DNA of 64,000 bases from Leptospiraceae bacterium (lineage in GTDB: Bacteria > Spirochaetota > Leptospiria > Leptospirales > Leptospiraceae): contig JACKPB010000009.1 of assembly GCA_024233875.1 (NCBI GenBank), positions 21,191-85,190 on the forward strand, in the 5' to 3' direction. Positions 10,221 through 20,790 of the stretch are shown here, one piece after another. The position numbers and the translations under genes are program-made. The first letter of the stretch is position 1. Every line of letters starts with the position of its first letter. The notes below the pieces were generated by a model. That model saw only the letters and a program-made list of their open reading frames with translations, was not told the DNA's origin and made no database searches.

Positions 10221-11249
10221 CTAAATTTTATTAAAAAATGAACCAAATATATTTGATAATCCGGGAACATCTTTCAATCCCATCCAAGCTGTTCTTGTAT
10301 CTCCATGAGATAATAATTCGGTTATTTCAAGTTTCACTTCTTTATTTAATTTTTCAAGCTTTAAAGCTAAATTTATTGATTCTGTTTCAGATATCACTTT
10401 ATCACTTTTCCCATGCACTAAGAATAGAGGCACTTTAAGGCTATCAATTTTATTTATCGGCGAGAGATTCCTAATTAACGACCTTGATTTCACACTTATT
10501 TCATTTTGTAAGAAAAATCTGAAATCTTTTTGATACAATACTTTATTGTAAATATCCCTATCTCTTTCATTTAATTTTTCAAAGATTTTGGGTGCAATAG
10601 CATTCTCTCCCTTTCGATAAAGAGCATTGTCTAAAGCTGCTTCATAAAATATAGATTTCAAAAAATCAGAGTTTTTTACAATATTTTCAATAAAATTATA
10701 AAAAAGTATGAAAGTACCATAATTATCCGAATCAAAATTTTCCACCACATAAGGGATAGTCGTTTCAAAATTGGAATAGCTTCCCAAAGCTAGGATGGAC
10801 TGAAAACTTGAATCCAAACCGGATTGACAGAGGGAAAGTAACCCCATTCCTCCGGAAAAACTAACCCCAAACAAGCCCAAATGTTTTTCTTCCAACCGAT
10901 AGGATTCTATCAAAGTTCTCAGGACAGATTCTAAAGATGTGATACTTTGTTCTCTAATGATGAGATTTTTGATATCCTGAACCTCGGGAACCAGAACCCG
11001 ATAGCCCATGTAAGTTATGATCTTTGCCAGTTTGAAGATTCGAGGATCGTCTATCCCCAAAGAATTCATTCCATGCAAAAGAATAATAGTACTTTCGGGG
11101 TGACTCTTCTGAAATTGGTAGGATTTTAAACGAAAACCCGGAACTCGAGAGGATTGTCCTATGAAGACTTCCTCCTCGATTATCTTTGACTCACCCTGAA
11201 TGAAATAAAATCCGGAAAGAAATTTCAATCCGACTAACGGTGAAATCAT
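10221..11249 (-). CDS. Alpha/beta hydrolase (esterase/lipase-like)
   Basis: HG oxyanion motif (LLHGMNS), GxSxG nucleophile elbow (GVSFSGG), C-terminal HG...D catalytic-triad region. Confidence 0.6.
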   Translation of the reverse strand: MISPLVGLKFLSGFYFIQGESKIIEEEVFIGQSSRVPGFRLKSYQFQKSHPESTIILLHGMNSLGIDDPRIFKLAKIITYMGYRVLVPEVQDIKNLIIREQSITSLESVLRTLIESYRLEEKHLGLFGVSFSGGMGLLSLCQSGLDSSFQSILALGSYSNFETTIPYVVENFDSDNYGTFILFYNFIENIVKNSDFLKSIFYEAALDNALYRKGENAIAPKIFEKLNERDRDIYNKVLYQKDFRFFLQNEISVKSRSLIRNLSPINKIDSLKVPLFLVHGKSDKVISETESINLALKLEKLNKEVKLEITELLSHGDTRTAWMGLKDVPGLSNIFGSFFNKI

Positions 11250-11255
11250 TCAAAT

Positions 11256-12650
11256 CTAAGTTTTTTCTATGTACAACTTGTAATTGTTCACTCCTGCACT
11301 CACTGCTTCGCTGAGTGCATTCATTGCCTTTTCATTCCATTTTTGAGGAAATTTGATCGAAGGATTGAAGTCGCAGGATCCAATATTTAAATCCAATGTC
11401 TTATTCGTCTTTCTCAGACTATTGAGCAATTCCTTCAATGAATGACCCAATTTTTCTCTAAATTCAATGCTAATGAACATTGCCACAGTATCCTGATTGA
11501 CCTTGTAGATCTCGGGTTTCTTTCCTAGAATCTCCTGAAGACTTTCACCCAATTGTCCCATCACTTTTTCAGGATCTGGATTGTTTAGAATTTTTATGAG
11601 TGTCAGATTTTGAGAGATATCCAAAGTCACCCGATAGTTCAGAATATTCTGGAAATGTTCCATGGAGTACACATTGATATTGGTATCCGTATTTCCGGAT
11701 TGAAAGAGAAAGGTCTGGTGATAGTATCTGGAAAAAGATTTGATTTCTGACCAAATGGGGTTGATATCCAAATTCTTTTTGGGTTCTGAAAATTGCATCT
11801 TGACCGCTCCAAAAAGTTGGTCATTGTTTACCATTGGCAGGACTGCATCAGAATGAGTTGATGAAAATGCACCCAATTTCTTTCTTAAAAATTTCATCAC
11901 TTCTTCGGTTATGTCCACTCTCTCCGTAACAGGGTTGTAGTAGAAGAATTGGTCATTTTTCTTTTCGATATATCTCACAAATTGATTGTTCTTTAAGAAA
12001 TAGATAGAAAGTGACTTGCAGCTCTGAATTCCGTGCAATTTGTTCAAAAACTCTTTGGTGATGTTTTCAATGTCCAGATGTTTGGTTCTGAAAACCTGAT
12101 CGTAATTCATCAACTTGCATTCGATCTGGGGAGGTTTGGCTCTAGGAGTGGTGACCTGCGGAAGAGTTGGTGGAACAACTGTTTGGTCTGTTTTGGTTCC
12201 TTCAGGTTTCTTTTCGTTGATTTTTTCGATTTTGGAAACTGTATCAGAAGGAGAGGTGATGGAAGGCTTGGTCGAAGTTTCCATCTCGGGAGTAGTGGCA
12301 GTCAAAACGGGCTCTGTGTTCGGAAGCGTCTTTGAAATTGTTGGTGGAGTGGCTTCCACAGCCTGGGTGGTTCCCATTGTATCTTCTACTTTTTTCTTTT
12401 CCTGCTTGGGTTTCGGTGAGGTCGTGGGAAGTCCTGATTTCATGGCTGAATTTCTGGCAGACACCTGCCGTTTGTAAGCATCACTCTTGGGAAAGAGATG
12501 AACAATCAAGAGGAGACTTCCTATAGAAATAGAAAAAAATATGGAACCCCAAATGTAGACTTCAGTCTGAGTAACAAGCGGTTGCGCTGTTTTTGCGTGG
12601 ACGGAAATAGAGGTTAGAAAAAAGATTAAGAATATAAGGATATTTTTCAT
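11256..12650 (-). CDS. Hypothetical membrane-anchored protein with a Pro/Thr-rich linker and a C-terminal globular domain
   Basis: Signal/TM segments at the N-terminus, then a low-complexity T/P-rich stretch of about 120 aa, then an unassigned domain of about 280 aa. Confidence 0.35.
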   Translation of the reverse strand: MKNILIFLIFFLTSISVHAKTAQPLVTQTEVYIWGSIFFSISIGSLLLIVHLFPKSDAYKRQVSARNSAMKSGLPTTSPKPKQEKKKVEDTMGTTQAVEATPPTISKTLPNTEPVLTATTPEMETSTKPSITSPSDTVSKIEKINEKKPEGTKTDQTVVPPTLPQVTTPRAKPPQIECKLMNYDQVFRTKHLDIENITKEFLNKLHGIQSCKSLSIYFLKNNQFVRYIEKKNDQFFYYNPVTERVDITEEVMKFLRKKLGAFSSTHSDAVLPMVNNDQLFGAVKMQFSEPKKNLDINPIWSEIKSFSRYYHQTFLFQSGNTDTNINVYSMEHFQNILNYRVTLDISQNLTLIKILNNPDPEKVMGQLGESLQEILGKKPEIYKVNQDTVAMFISIEFREKLGHSLKELLNSLRKTNKTLDLNIGSCDFNPSIKFPQKWNEKAMNALSEAVSAGVNNYKLYIEKT

Positions 12651-12726
12651 AGTAATTACGGGCTTTTGTACTTATTAACGGTCAAAGCTTCCTGTTTCAA
12701 TAGAAATTCAAAAAATAATAGAACAA

Positions 12727-13470
12727 ATGAAATTATACAACGATCTAGCAGAGTATTATTATGAAATAGAAAAGCCTGGCAGGCAAATTCAAGAAGAAAT
12801 TTCTTTTATTTTGAATGTTTTTTCAAAATATCAGGTAAAATCCTCCCTGGATTTCGGATGCGGTAGCGGAGAGCATGTAAATGCCCTAAAAGACCACATA
12901 GCTATCACCGGGATAGATATCTCCAATGCCATGGTGGAAGTTGCCAAAAAAAGGTTTCCTGGTTGCAATTTTCTTCAGGGAGATCTTCGGTCCTTCCAAA
13001 ATCATACCAAAGTAGACTCCCTAATTTGTATGTTCGGAACCTTCAATTATATGATCGATGATGAAGAAATTGTAACTTCCTTAAAAAATCTCAGTGAGAA
13101 CCTAAAAACCAATGGAATCGCTGTTTTTGAAATCTGGAGCATTTACCCCATCCAAAAAATCAAAAGAAAGCCCATCTCACCTGTCAGTCTCAGTCGGGTC
13201 GGAGATTTAATGATCAAAAGGAATCGGGGTTTCAAAATTTCTACCGGTGTGGATGGCATAGAAAACATAGTAGAAGTGAATTTTATTTTCAATCTGGACA
13301 AAAAAGTAATCAAAGACAAACACAAGATGAGAGTTTTCAGTGAAAATGAATTTCAAATCCACCTTCAATCAGCAGGTTTCGATCTTCTCGAAAACTTTGG
13401 CAACTTTAAAATGGAAAACTTCTCTCATACTACAGGAAGGATGCTATTGGTTTGTAAGAAAAAGGACTGA
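12727..13470 (+). CDS. Class I SAM-dependent methyltransferase
   Basis: Motif I LDFGCGSGEH, post-I acidic residue, about 247 aa. Confidence 0.7.
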   Translation: MKLYNDLAEYYYEIEKPGRQIQEEISFILNVFSKYQVKSSLDFGCGSGEHVNALKDHIAITGIDISNAMVEVAKKRFPGCNFLQGDLRSFQNHTKVDSLICMFGTFNYMIDDEEIVTSLKNLSENLKTNGIAVFEIWSIYPIQKIKRKPISPVSLSRVGDLMIKRNRGFKISTGVDGIENIVEVNFIFNLDKKVIKDKHKMRVFSENEFQIHLQSAGFDLLENFGNFKMENFSHTTGRMLLVCKKKD

Positions 13471-14603
13471 TGAAGAAATTACAATTCCCCTTTCGCTTTA
13501 GCCTAATTTCTATTTTTGTATTTTTCTCCTTTTTTTTAGTATTTGTTTATACGGAAGATTTTCTCCTCCTCGATCCAATCGAAAAAAATGGAAATCTCAT
13601 CATTCCACAAAGTGTTTTTCTCTATAGGTTTTATCTCACACTAGTTCTTTCGGTTGTAGGAGGTTTGATTTCCTATTATGCATTTTATCTTGTTCAGAAA
13701 GAAGTAGATAGGATCAGGCTCTTGCTTCTGGATTGGGGCAGAAAAAACCTGAATGAACTCGATCTAATCACCCAATCACCATTTCCTGAATTTGATAAAA
13801 TCCGTGAAGTATTTCGGGCCTCCCGGTTTTCTCATCTTGCCAGGGAAACTGAGGCAATGAATCTCTACATGGAAGAAATCAATAAAGATCAGATTACACG
13901 TATCTTTCCCTCCTCCATCCATATACAGATCAATAAAATAAAAAACTTGGACATTGCTGTGTACCCCCAGAGTTCACAAAATCCTCTTATGGATCTAGTA
14001 CATATCATGGAGCTGAGAAATGGATGCATCATCTTACTGGCCGGCACTCCTATCACCGATACAGTAACTGCATCATACAAGTCTAGCTTACTATCGATTA
14101 TGTCTCTAGCCGGTGAACTCAATTATCAAAATGAAGAAGATCTTTACATTCACATTCTGAATACAGTGCACAATCAGGATTGGAAGGGTCTCAGGTTTAC
14201 TTTTGTTTATATTTCAGGAATTTCAGAAAAAATCTATTATTGTAATTTTCAAAAATTGCCCATCCTGCATCACTTCCCCGAAAGAGTCGAAGAGCTTCCC
14301 ACTGCAGGTGAAACCGAATTTCCCTTTCAGTACAATATCATAGACCCGGGTGGAGAAAGTTTTTCGGAAGGGGAAGACCTCCTCTTTCTTTCAGATACAC
14401 TTCTTGACATGAAGAAAATTGATATCACTGTATTCTTGGAAGACTACAAAAAACAGATTTCCGTTGAGAAAAAAGTTTTTTCTTCTTCCAGAGAATTGAT
14501 CTTATACTTTACTAAATCTCTAAATGATTGGCTAAAATCAAAGGAAAACCTAGAAAATTACTCAGATTTTTTATCTCTTGTTGCCATCAGAAAGAAAAAA
14601 TAA
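13470..14603 (+). CDS. Hypothetical membrane protein (two N-terminal TM helices), possibly a degenerate PP2C/SpoIIE-like domain
   Basis: N-terminal TM segments. The C-terminal region has a weak resemblance to the SpoIIE fold; no confident family. Confidence 0.3.
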   Translation: MKKLQFPFRFSLISIFVFFSFFLVFVYTEDFLLLDPIEKNGNLIIPQSVFLYRFYLTLVLSVVGGLISYYAFYLVQKEVDRIRLLLLDWGRKNLNELDLITQSPFPEFDKIREVFRASRFSHLARETEAMNLYMEEINKDQITRIFPSSIHIQINKIKNLDIAVYPQSSQNPLMDLVHIMELRNGCIILLAGTPITDTVTASYKSSLLSIMSLAGELNYQNEEDLYIHILNTVHNQDWKGLRFTFVYISGISEKIYYCNFQKLPILHHFPERVEELPTAGETEFPFQYNIIDPGGESFSEGEDLLFLSDTLLDMKKIDITVFLEDYKKQISVEKKVFSSSRELILYFTKSLNDWLKSKENLENYSDFLSLVAIRKKK

Positions 14604-14626
14604 TTTTATACATTGAGGGGGGATTG

Positions 14627-15541
14627 ATGTTAAAATTAGAAAAAGTTTCCAAAGCTTACATTACACCGGAAGGAAAATTGCCGGTTCTCCGAGATCTCAC
14701 AGCAGATATTCCTGCTGGTAGCTTTATTTCTGTAATGGGTCCATCGGGTTCAGGAAAGTCAACCTTTCTGGGAATTGCTGCCGGTTTGGACAAACCGGAT
14801 TCAGGGAAAATTTTGATCGATGGTGATGACATCACTCAGAAAACAGAAAACGAGTTGGCTGTAATACGTTCTCAAAAAATTGGATTTATCTTTCAAAACT
14901 TTCAACTGATCAAGAACCTCACCGCACTGGAAAATGTGGCTCTGCCCCTATTGATAGGCGGAAAACTCAAAGACAACGAGATCATGCAGAGAGCGGAAGA
15001 GATTTTGATTAAAGTCTCACTCAAGGATCGGATGAAACACCTCCCCGGTCAACTGTCCGGTGGCGAAGAACAGAGAGTAGCCCTAGCCAGAGCTTTCATA
15101 AACAATCCCAAACTTCTCTTCGCTGATGAACCCACAGGCAATTTAGATGCCAGAAATGGGGAAATCGTTATGAAAATGTTGATAGATCTGAACAAGACTT
15201 TCGGATCCACTTTAATCATCGTTACCCATGATCCTGTGGTCTCTTCTTTTACCGACAAGGTCTTAGAAATGAGAGATGGTAGACTCATGGAAAAACCCAA
15301 GCAGATGAATCCGTACTACGGTATACCGACTCTTGACGAGACTCCGGTTACAGAAACAAAATCAATCCCTCCGACCAAAAAAAGAATAGGAAAGAAGAAA
15401 TTATCCAATCAATCAGGAGTGAAAAAGAAAATAAAATCTGCTTATTTCGTAGGTTCAGCTCCCGGTTCAACTGAATCCGAGACTCCAATACCGAGTAAAA
15501 AAAAGGCCATAGGTAAGAAAAAATCGGTAAAAAGGAAATAG
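14627..15541 (+). CDS. ABC transporter ATP-binding protein (MacB/LolD-like) with an unusual Lys-rich C-terminal tail. I place the start at ATG 14627, preceded by a GAGGGGGG Shine-Dalgarno.
   Basis: Walker A GPSGSGKST, Q-loop, signature LSGGEEQRVALARA, Walker B LLFADEPTGNLD, H-loop VTHD. The C-terminal roughly 90 aa carries a repeated KK(R/K)IGKKK motif. Confidence 0.85.
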   Translation: MLKLEKVSKAYITPEGKLPVLRDLTADIPAGSFISVMGPSGSGKSTFLGIAAGLDKPDSGKILIDGDDITQKTENELAVIRSQKIGFIFQNFQLIKNLTALENVALPLLIGGKLKDNEIMQRAEEILIKVSLKDRMKHLPGQLSGGEEQRVALARAFINNPKLLFADEPTGNLDARNGEIVMKMLIDLNKTFGSTLIIVTHDPVVSSFTDKVLEMRDGRLMEKPKQMNPYYGIPTLDETPVTETKSIPPTKKRIGKKKLSNQSGVKKKIKSAYFVGSAPGSTESETPIPSKKKAIGKKKSVKRK

Positions 15542-15543
15542 GT

Positions 15544-18081
15544 ATGAGTTTACTTTTTCATTTTTTCAGAAAACAAATCAGTATTACATCATTCTCTTCT
15601 TTTCGTTTCATCATAGCGATTTCTATAGGTGTGGGTTCCATTATCGGGATCAATTCCTATCGAAAGAGTTTAGAAAATAAGATTTTTAGTGAATCAAAAT
15701 CGCTTATGGGTGGAGACATTCAGATTTCTACATCAAGAAAATTTACATCTAAAGATGAAAAATTTATCGAAGCGAACCTACCCTATGGAAGTCGAATCCG
15801 ATACAGTGTCAACTTCCCCTCAATGCTTTCCAATCCTAATAATTCAGAATCTTCTTTGAGCCTAATCAAAGGACACGATTCGGAATTCCCACTCTATGGA
15901 AAAATCATTACAGAACCGGATGATGCATTTGATACCCTCCAGCACGATGAGATACTTCTCGATCACAATCTTGCCAGAAATCTTAAAGTCGAAATAAAGG
16001 ACAAGGTTCATTTGGGAGAAGCCGAATTTACAGTTACGGGTTATATCATTCAGGAGCCGGTTTCGGTTGGCAACTTCATCTCCCTTGCCCCAAGTTCAAT
16101 CATTAGTATCCATAGTATTCAGGATACCGGTCTCGAAGCGCGGGGAAGTAGAATTCGTTACAATGCACTGGTCGCCCTACCGGATAACTATGATGCCAAA
16201 TCAGTAAAAGAAGAGTTATTTTCTAGCTTTTTAGAAAAAGATATGACGATTTTTCATAATACCGAAATCGGATCCGGTTCACAAAAATTCATCAATAGTA
16301 CGATGGATTATATTTCACTCTTGGGCCTTTCCTCATTTTTCCTCGGTATCATCTCTTCCTTAGTCATTGTTAGAACAAGGATAACTGAGAAAACCGGTGA
16401 CATAGCTGTGTTCAAATGCTTGGGTGCCAATTCCTGGTTTTCAGTAAAAATTTTCCTCTCTGAAATATTGATTCTCTCTACCATAGGTAGTTTCTTAGGA
16501 GTTCTGGCAGGCTACTTTTTTCAATTCTTCATTCCGGATCTCACCGGCTCAGACGCTCTCAAAGACATTCAACCTAAGATCTACCCAAATTCATTGTACT
16601 GGGGATTGTCGGTAGGAATTTTGATTCCGGTTCTTCTTACTCTGGATTCCCTCTACACTGTTTTTATCCAAAGTCCTCTGACTGCAATACGACAGAGCAA
16701 TGCTGACGTTCCCGGTTTTCAAATCCGCTTGAATTTCCTTACGATAATTCAAATCATTATCATTTTCCTTGCATTTTTCGGATTGGCATATTTTGAAACA
16801 AACAGTCTCTTTAAAGCAGCGATCTTCACTACCATTCTTCTTTTCTTACCTTTAAGTCTCTTCATCATTTACAGATTATTTCGTTTGATAGGAAAGTATA
16901 TTGCCGCACATGGAATTGTTTCGGGAAAATTAAGACTCGTCCTCGGGAAAATCTCACGAAATGGTAGTGGGTTGAGTATGCCTACCATTGGCATAGGTTC
17001 CGCTCTGACGATTCTACTACTATCAATATTCTTAAAAAATGGACTCATTGCACTCAGTGGATGGAATCTAAAAGAAAAGAGAGCCAATGTTTTTGTAATG
17101 GATCTCCGACCGGAGCAATTGGAATTCACCAAAGCACTTGTGGAAAAGTTTCAAGCAGAAAAAGTTCTCTTCTCACCGGTGATTGGTGCAAGACTTTCAG
17201 CGATCAACGGAAAACCAGTTAAAAAAGATGAAATGGAAATCGATTCCACAAAACGGGACTGGAAGTCAACAGCCAAAACCCGCGAGTACTTTCTCTCCTA
17301 TCGGGACACTCTGTATGACACAGAACAGGTAGATTCAGGAAATTTCTGGGGTCAGGTAAATGATGAAAGCCTTATTTCTGTAGAAAAAGATTTTGCCAAA
17401 GCTCTGGGTGTTGGTGTTGGAGATGTTTTGTCGTTCAATGTTCAGGGAATAGAGATCACCGGGAAGATATCCAACCTCAGGACTGTAAATTGGGCTGATA
17501 TGAAACCAAATTTTGTAGTAATTTTTTCTCCTTCTGTCCTATCCAAGGCTCCGGGGTACTTTCTCGGTTCTTTTTTCCTACCCGATCAGGCCCAGAGATA
17601 TAATTTTCAAAAAGAATTGGTATCACGTTATCCCAATGCACTGGTCATTGATATTGAGAAAACATTGAACGGTTTGAATGATATGGTTTTAAAGATTACA
17701 GATATCATTAATCTTATGACATATTTTATTCTTTCTTCTGCAATCTTACTCCTCTTTTCGAGTTTGTATCTCCAGGAAAAAGATAGAAATAGGGAAACTA
17801 CCTTGTATATGATTGTAGGAGCAAATCATACTTTCATTCGTTCTCTCTATACTATCGAAGGTTTACTTATCTCACTCTACGCATTTTCTGTAGCATCAGT
17901 ATTCAGTCTAATTGCAAATTACTTTATTTCTAAAGAAATATTGAATGTAAATACAGTGATACCGTTTTCAAATCTTATCTTTGTATTCATTGTCTCCACT
18001 CTTTTGATTTTGATTGTTTATCTTTTTACCATAAATTCTACCTTGAAAAAATCTCCTAAGAAAACTCTTCCGGGTGAATGA
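15544..18081 (+). CDS. ABC transporter permease, FtsX family (MacB-like large permease with two FtsX domains)
   Basis: 845 aa with two blocks of 3-4 TM helices separated by large extracytoplasmic domains, 2-bp gap to the ABC ATPase. Confidence 0.7.
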   Translation: MSLLFHFFRKQISITSFSSFRFIIAISIGVGSIIGINSYRKSLENKIFSESKSLMGGDIQISTSRKFTSKDEKFIEANLPYGSRIRYSVNFPSMLSNPNNSESSLSLIKGHDSEFPLYGKIITEPDDAFDTLQHDEILLDHNLARNLKVEIKDKVHLGEAEFTVTGYIIQEPVSVGNFISLAPSSIISIHSIQDTGLEARGSRIRYNALVALPDNYDAKSVKEELFSSFLEKDMTIFHNTEIGSGSQKFINSTMDYISLLGLSSFFLGIISSLVIVRTRITEKTGDIAVFKCLGANSWFSVKIFLSEILILSTIGSFLGVLAGYFFQFFIPDLTGSDALKDIQPKIYPNSLYWGLSVGILIPVLLTLDSLYTVFIQSPLTAIRQSNADVPGFQIRLNFLTIIQIIIIFLAFFGLAYFETNSLFKAAIFTTILLFLPLSLFIIYRLFRLIGKYIAAHGIVSGKLRLVLGKISRNGSGLSMPTIGIGSALTILLLSIFLKNGLIALSGWNLKEKRANVFVMDLRPEQLEFTKALVEKFQAEKVLFSPVIGARLSAINGKPVKKDEMEIDSTKRDWKSTAKTREYFLSYRDTLYDTEQVDSGNFWGQVNDESLISVEKDFAKALGVGVGDVLSFNVQGIEITGKISNLRTVNWADMKPNFVVIFSPSVLSKAPGYFLGSFFLPDQAQRYNFQKELVSRYPNALVIDIEKTLNGLNDMVLKITDIINLMTYFILSSAILLLFSSLYLQEKDRNRETTLYMIVGANHTFIRSLYTIEGLLISLYAFSVASVFSLIANYFISKEILNVNTVIPFSNLIFVFIVSTLLILIVYLFTINSTLKKSPKKTLPGE

Positions 18082-18084
18082 TCT

Positions 18085-19560
18085 ATGAATTTTCAATACC
18101 CGGATCTTCTCGCTATACTAGGATATTTGACTATCGTCACAGCAATTGGACTCTATGCCGGTCGATCGAGAGACTCCAAAGATTTTTTTTTAGGAGGAAA
18201 ATCTCTTCATTGGACAGCGATTATGCTCTCCATTATCGCCACAGAAACTTCCAGTCTAACTTTTTTAAATGTCCCTGGAATTAGTTATTATGAAGATTAT
18301 GCGTTTCTACAATTAGCATTTGGATTTATTCTGGGAAGGGTTGTAGTTTCTATACTAATCCTTCCAATGTATTACAAATCGGGTTACACATCTATCTACG
18401 AATGGATTGGTGAAAAGTTTGGGAAATCTTCTCAAAAATACACTTCTGCAATTTTTCTAATCACAAGAGTTTTATCGGATGGAGTTCGACTCTATGCTAC
18501 TTCAATTCCTGTTGCACTCATTTTGAGTTCGATTTTGGATAATAAGTTTTCAGATTTCCAAATATCTATTCTCACTTTATTTTTGATTACTTTTATCACT
18601 CTTCTTTATACTGTATACGGAGGATTTCGATCAGTTGTCTTTACAGATGTGATACAATTCATAGTCTACATCGGTGGAGGAGTTTTTTCATTAGTCTATA
18701 TCTACTCTAATCTGAATCCCAATCTGAATATTTCTCAGATTTATCATAAATTATCAGAATCAGGAAAACTAACCATTTTCAGAGGATTTCAGGGAGAATT
18801 TTTTACATCTACATATTATTTTGTAAATGCAATTTTTGCAGGAATATTAATTTCTATCGGTTCGCATGGAGTTGATCAAATGTTTGCCCAACGATTACTA
18901 GCTTGTAATACAGAGAGAGAAAGCAGACTCGCCTTGATCGGTTCGGGGATTTTGGTCTTTTTTCAATTTTTATTATTTTTAATGATAGGTTCCCTTTTAT
19001 TCATTCATTACGGTAATAGTACGGAAAATCAAACAAAAGTATTTTCAATGTACATCATTCAAAACATTCCAAGTCCAATTCTCGGTCTTTTAGTTGCCGC
19101 TGTTCTGGCCAGCGCAATGTCGACTCTTTCCAGTTCAATTAATTCGATGAGCCTATCTTTTTTAATCGATTTTCGAGGACAGGATTCAAATAGCAACACT
19201 TTGGCTCAATCTAAGTACACCAGTTTTCTATGGGGAATTGTCCTCTTTTTGAGTTCACTTCTCCCCTATTATTTATCAGAAAGGTATCAGGGAGGTTTGG
19301 TGGATTTGGGTTTACGAATTACTTCCTTCACATTTGGTCCAATGATAGGAATTTTTCTATTAGGAAAATGGAAGAGAGAGCTAATAGTCTCGCCTGTCTA
19401 TCTTAATTCTTCAATAGCTATTTCTATATTCTTTACCATGTGTATTAGCTATTTTTTCACAGTAGCTCTCTTTTTTCTAATCCCAATAGGAATGACAATA
19501 TTCTTTGTTTTGATATTCTTATTCCACGGAAATCAGTTTGATTCCAATGATTTCTATTGA
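18085..19560 (+). CDS. Sodium:solute symporter family (SSF) transporter
   Basis: About 13 TM helices and the SSF N-terminal pattern (…AGRSRDSKDFFLGGKSLHWTAIMLSIIATETS…). Confidence 0.65.
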   Translation: MNFQYPDLLAILGYLTIVTAIGLYAGRSRDSKDFFLGGKSLHWTAIMLSIIATETSSLTFLNVPGISYYEDYAFLQLAFGFILGRVVVSILILPMYYKSGYTSIYEWIGEKFGKSSQKYTSAIFLITRVLSDGVRLYATSIPVALILSSILDNKFSDFQISILTLFLITFITLLYTVYGGFRSVVFTDVIQFIVYIGGGVFSLVYIYSNLNPNLNISQIYHKLSESGKLTIFRGFQGEFFTSTYYFVNAIFAGILISIGSHGVDQMFAQRLLACNTERESRLALIGSGILVFFQFLLFLMIGSLLFIHYGNSTENQTKVFSMYIIQNIPSPILGLLVAAVLASAMSTLSSSINSMSLSFLIDFRGQDSNSNTLAQSKYTSFLWGIVLFLSSLLPYYLSERYQGGLVDLGLRITSFTFGPMIGIFLLGKWKRELIVSPVYLNSSIAISIFFTMCISYFFTVALFFLIPIGMTIFFVLIFLFHGNQFDSNDFY

Positions 19561-19619
19561 ATGGATAGCTTTTAAAGACTTTAAAAAAGTGTTATTTCAA
19601 AGAATTTGATGAAATTGTA

Positions 19620-20282
19620 TTACATCAAATTCTTTACGGCATATAGCTTTGCCTGCTTCGTATCATCCAGGATTTGAAGATCTAAATGATTGAAGAGTTT
19701 TTGCATAACCATTATACCACGCATGAGAGTAGTAGTAGCAGTGTACTTTTTCTCTATCTCTTTTTCCAGATCGATTTCTTTAATACGATTGATAATCTCA
19801 ATTTCTAATTTACGATCTGCAATTTTAGTTTTGATATATACGCTGGTCCCATCTCCATACTTGGCAGCATTTTCGATGGCTTCAATAGTAGCGATATTGA
19901 TATCTACGATATCTTCTTCGCTCACATCATTGCAATTGAGAAAAAACTCTAACCTGGATCTAACATACTGAATCGGTGAGAAATCAAAAGCACCATAGAC
20001 TTCGTATGAATCCTCAACCCACTCGCCGGGTTGTTTAATGAAACTCTCTCCGGGTGTGAATTCTTTGGGATCAAACACTCCGTTCTTTATGAGACCTTTT
20101 TTCAGTAAATCATTCAGAACAGTCTTTACATCATCTATATGTATATGAGAGAAATCTTTTTTTTGGATACTCAAACCGAGTTTGACCCACGACAAGAAAT
20201 CTTCAGGATACCCGGTAAGTCCGAAAGGTATTATCTTGTTTATTTCATCCTGAATGTCTTGTACTGAATTTGGATTTACCAT
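19620..20282 (-). CDS. GHKL-type ATP-binding protein (anti-sigma regulatory factor / RsbW-like serine kinase fold)
   Basis: HATPase_c motifs (IEAIENAAKYGDG N-box, G-rich loop). Similar to the central domain of the 44037..45380 protein. Confidence 0.5.
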   Translation of the reverse strand: MVNPNSVQDIQDEINKIIPFGLTGYPEDFLSWVKLGLSIQKKDFSHIHIDDVKTVLNDLLKKGLIKNGVFDPKEFTPGESFIKQPGEWVEDSYEVYGAFDFSPIQYVRSRLEFFLNCNDVSEEDIVDINIATIEAIENAAKYGDGTSVYIKTKIADRKLEIEIINRIKEIDLEKEIEKKYTATTTLMRGIMVMQKLFNHLDLQILDDTKQAKLYAVKNLM

Positions 20283-20329
20283 ATTATTCCAACTAAAATC
20301 ATCTTTTTCTTATTGTAAAGTCATAAATT

Positions 20330-20788
20330 TCAAATTTCAGAAGATATCTGCCTAAAGGCTTCGTATGCCACTACTGCCACTGCATTACTCAAATTTAAAC
20401 TTCTAACAGGACCGTGAATTGGAATCCTTATCTTCTGATCATCATTGAATTCTTCATGAATTTCTCCGGGCAACCCTGAGGTTTCATTTCCAAAAACAAA
20501 GACGGATTCATTTGAAAACTTTCGATCAAAAAGTAAATTTTTAGCAAATTTTGTAACTAAATAAATATTTTTTCTATCAGAAAATTTTCCAAAAAACTCA
20601 TTGAAATCTTCATAAAAATATAAAGTCAAATCTTTCCAATGATCCAAACCTGCCCGACGAACTGATTTTTCATCCATATCAAAAGCAGGCTTTCCAATTA
20701 TATGAAGGGGAATGTCCAATCCAACACACAACCGGGAAATGTTTCCTGTGTTCGGTGGAATTTCGGGACGATAGAGAGCTATATGTAT
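20330..20788 (-). CDS. trmL: tRNA (cytidine/uridine-2'-O-)-methyltransferase TrmL (SPOUT family), with start at a non-canonical ATA. The ORF track begins at internal TTG 20731.
   Basis: The conserved TrmL N-terminus (IALYRPEIPPNTGNISRLC) lies upstream of the first TTG/ATG in frame. The C-terminal SPOUT motifs are present (IRIPIHGPVRSLNLSNAVAVVAYEAFRQ). AAGGAG lies 8 nt upstream of ATA 20788..20786. Confidence 0.6.
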   Translation of the reverse strand: MHIALYRPEIPPNTGNISRLCVGLDIPLHIIGKPAFDMDEKSVRRAGLDHWKDLTLYFYEDFNEFFGKFSDRKNIYLVTKFAKNLLFDRKFSNESVFVFGNETSGLPGEIHEEFNDDQKIRIPIHGPVRSLNLSNAVAVVAYEAFRQISSEI

Positions 20789-20790
20789 CT

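Noticed and set aside
14528-14626. ORF-track N-terminal extension of the ABC ATPase
   Set aside because: The extension overlaps the 3' end of the upstream gene. A strong Shine-Dalgarno (GAGGGGGG) precedes ATG 14627, and the ATPase core begins there (MLKLEKVSKAY).
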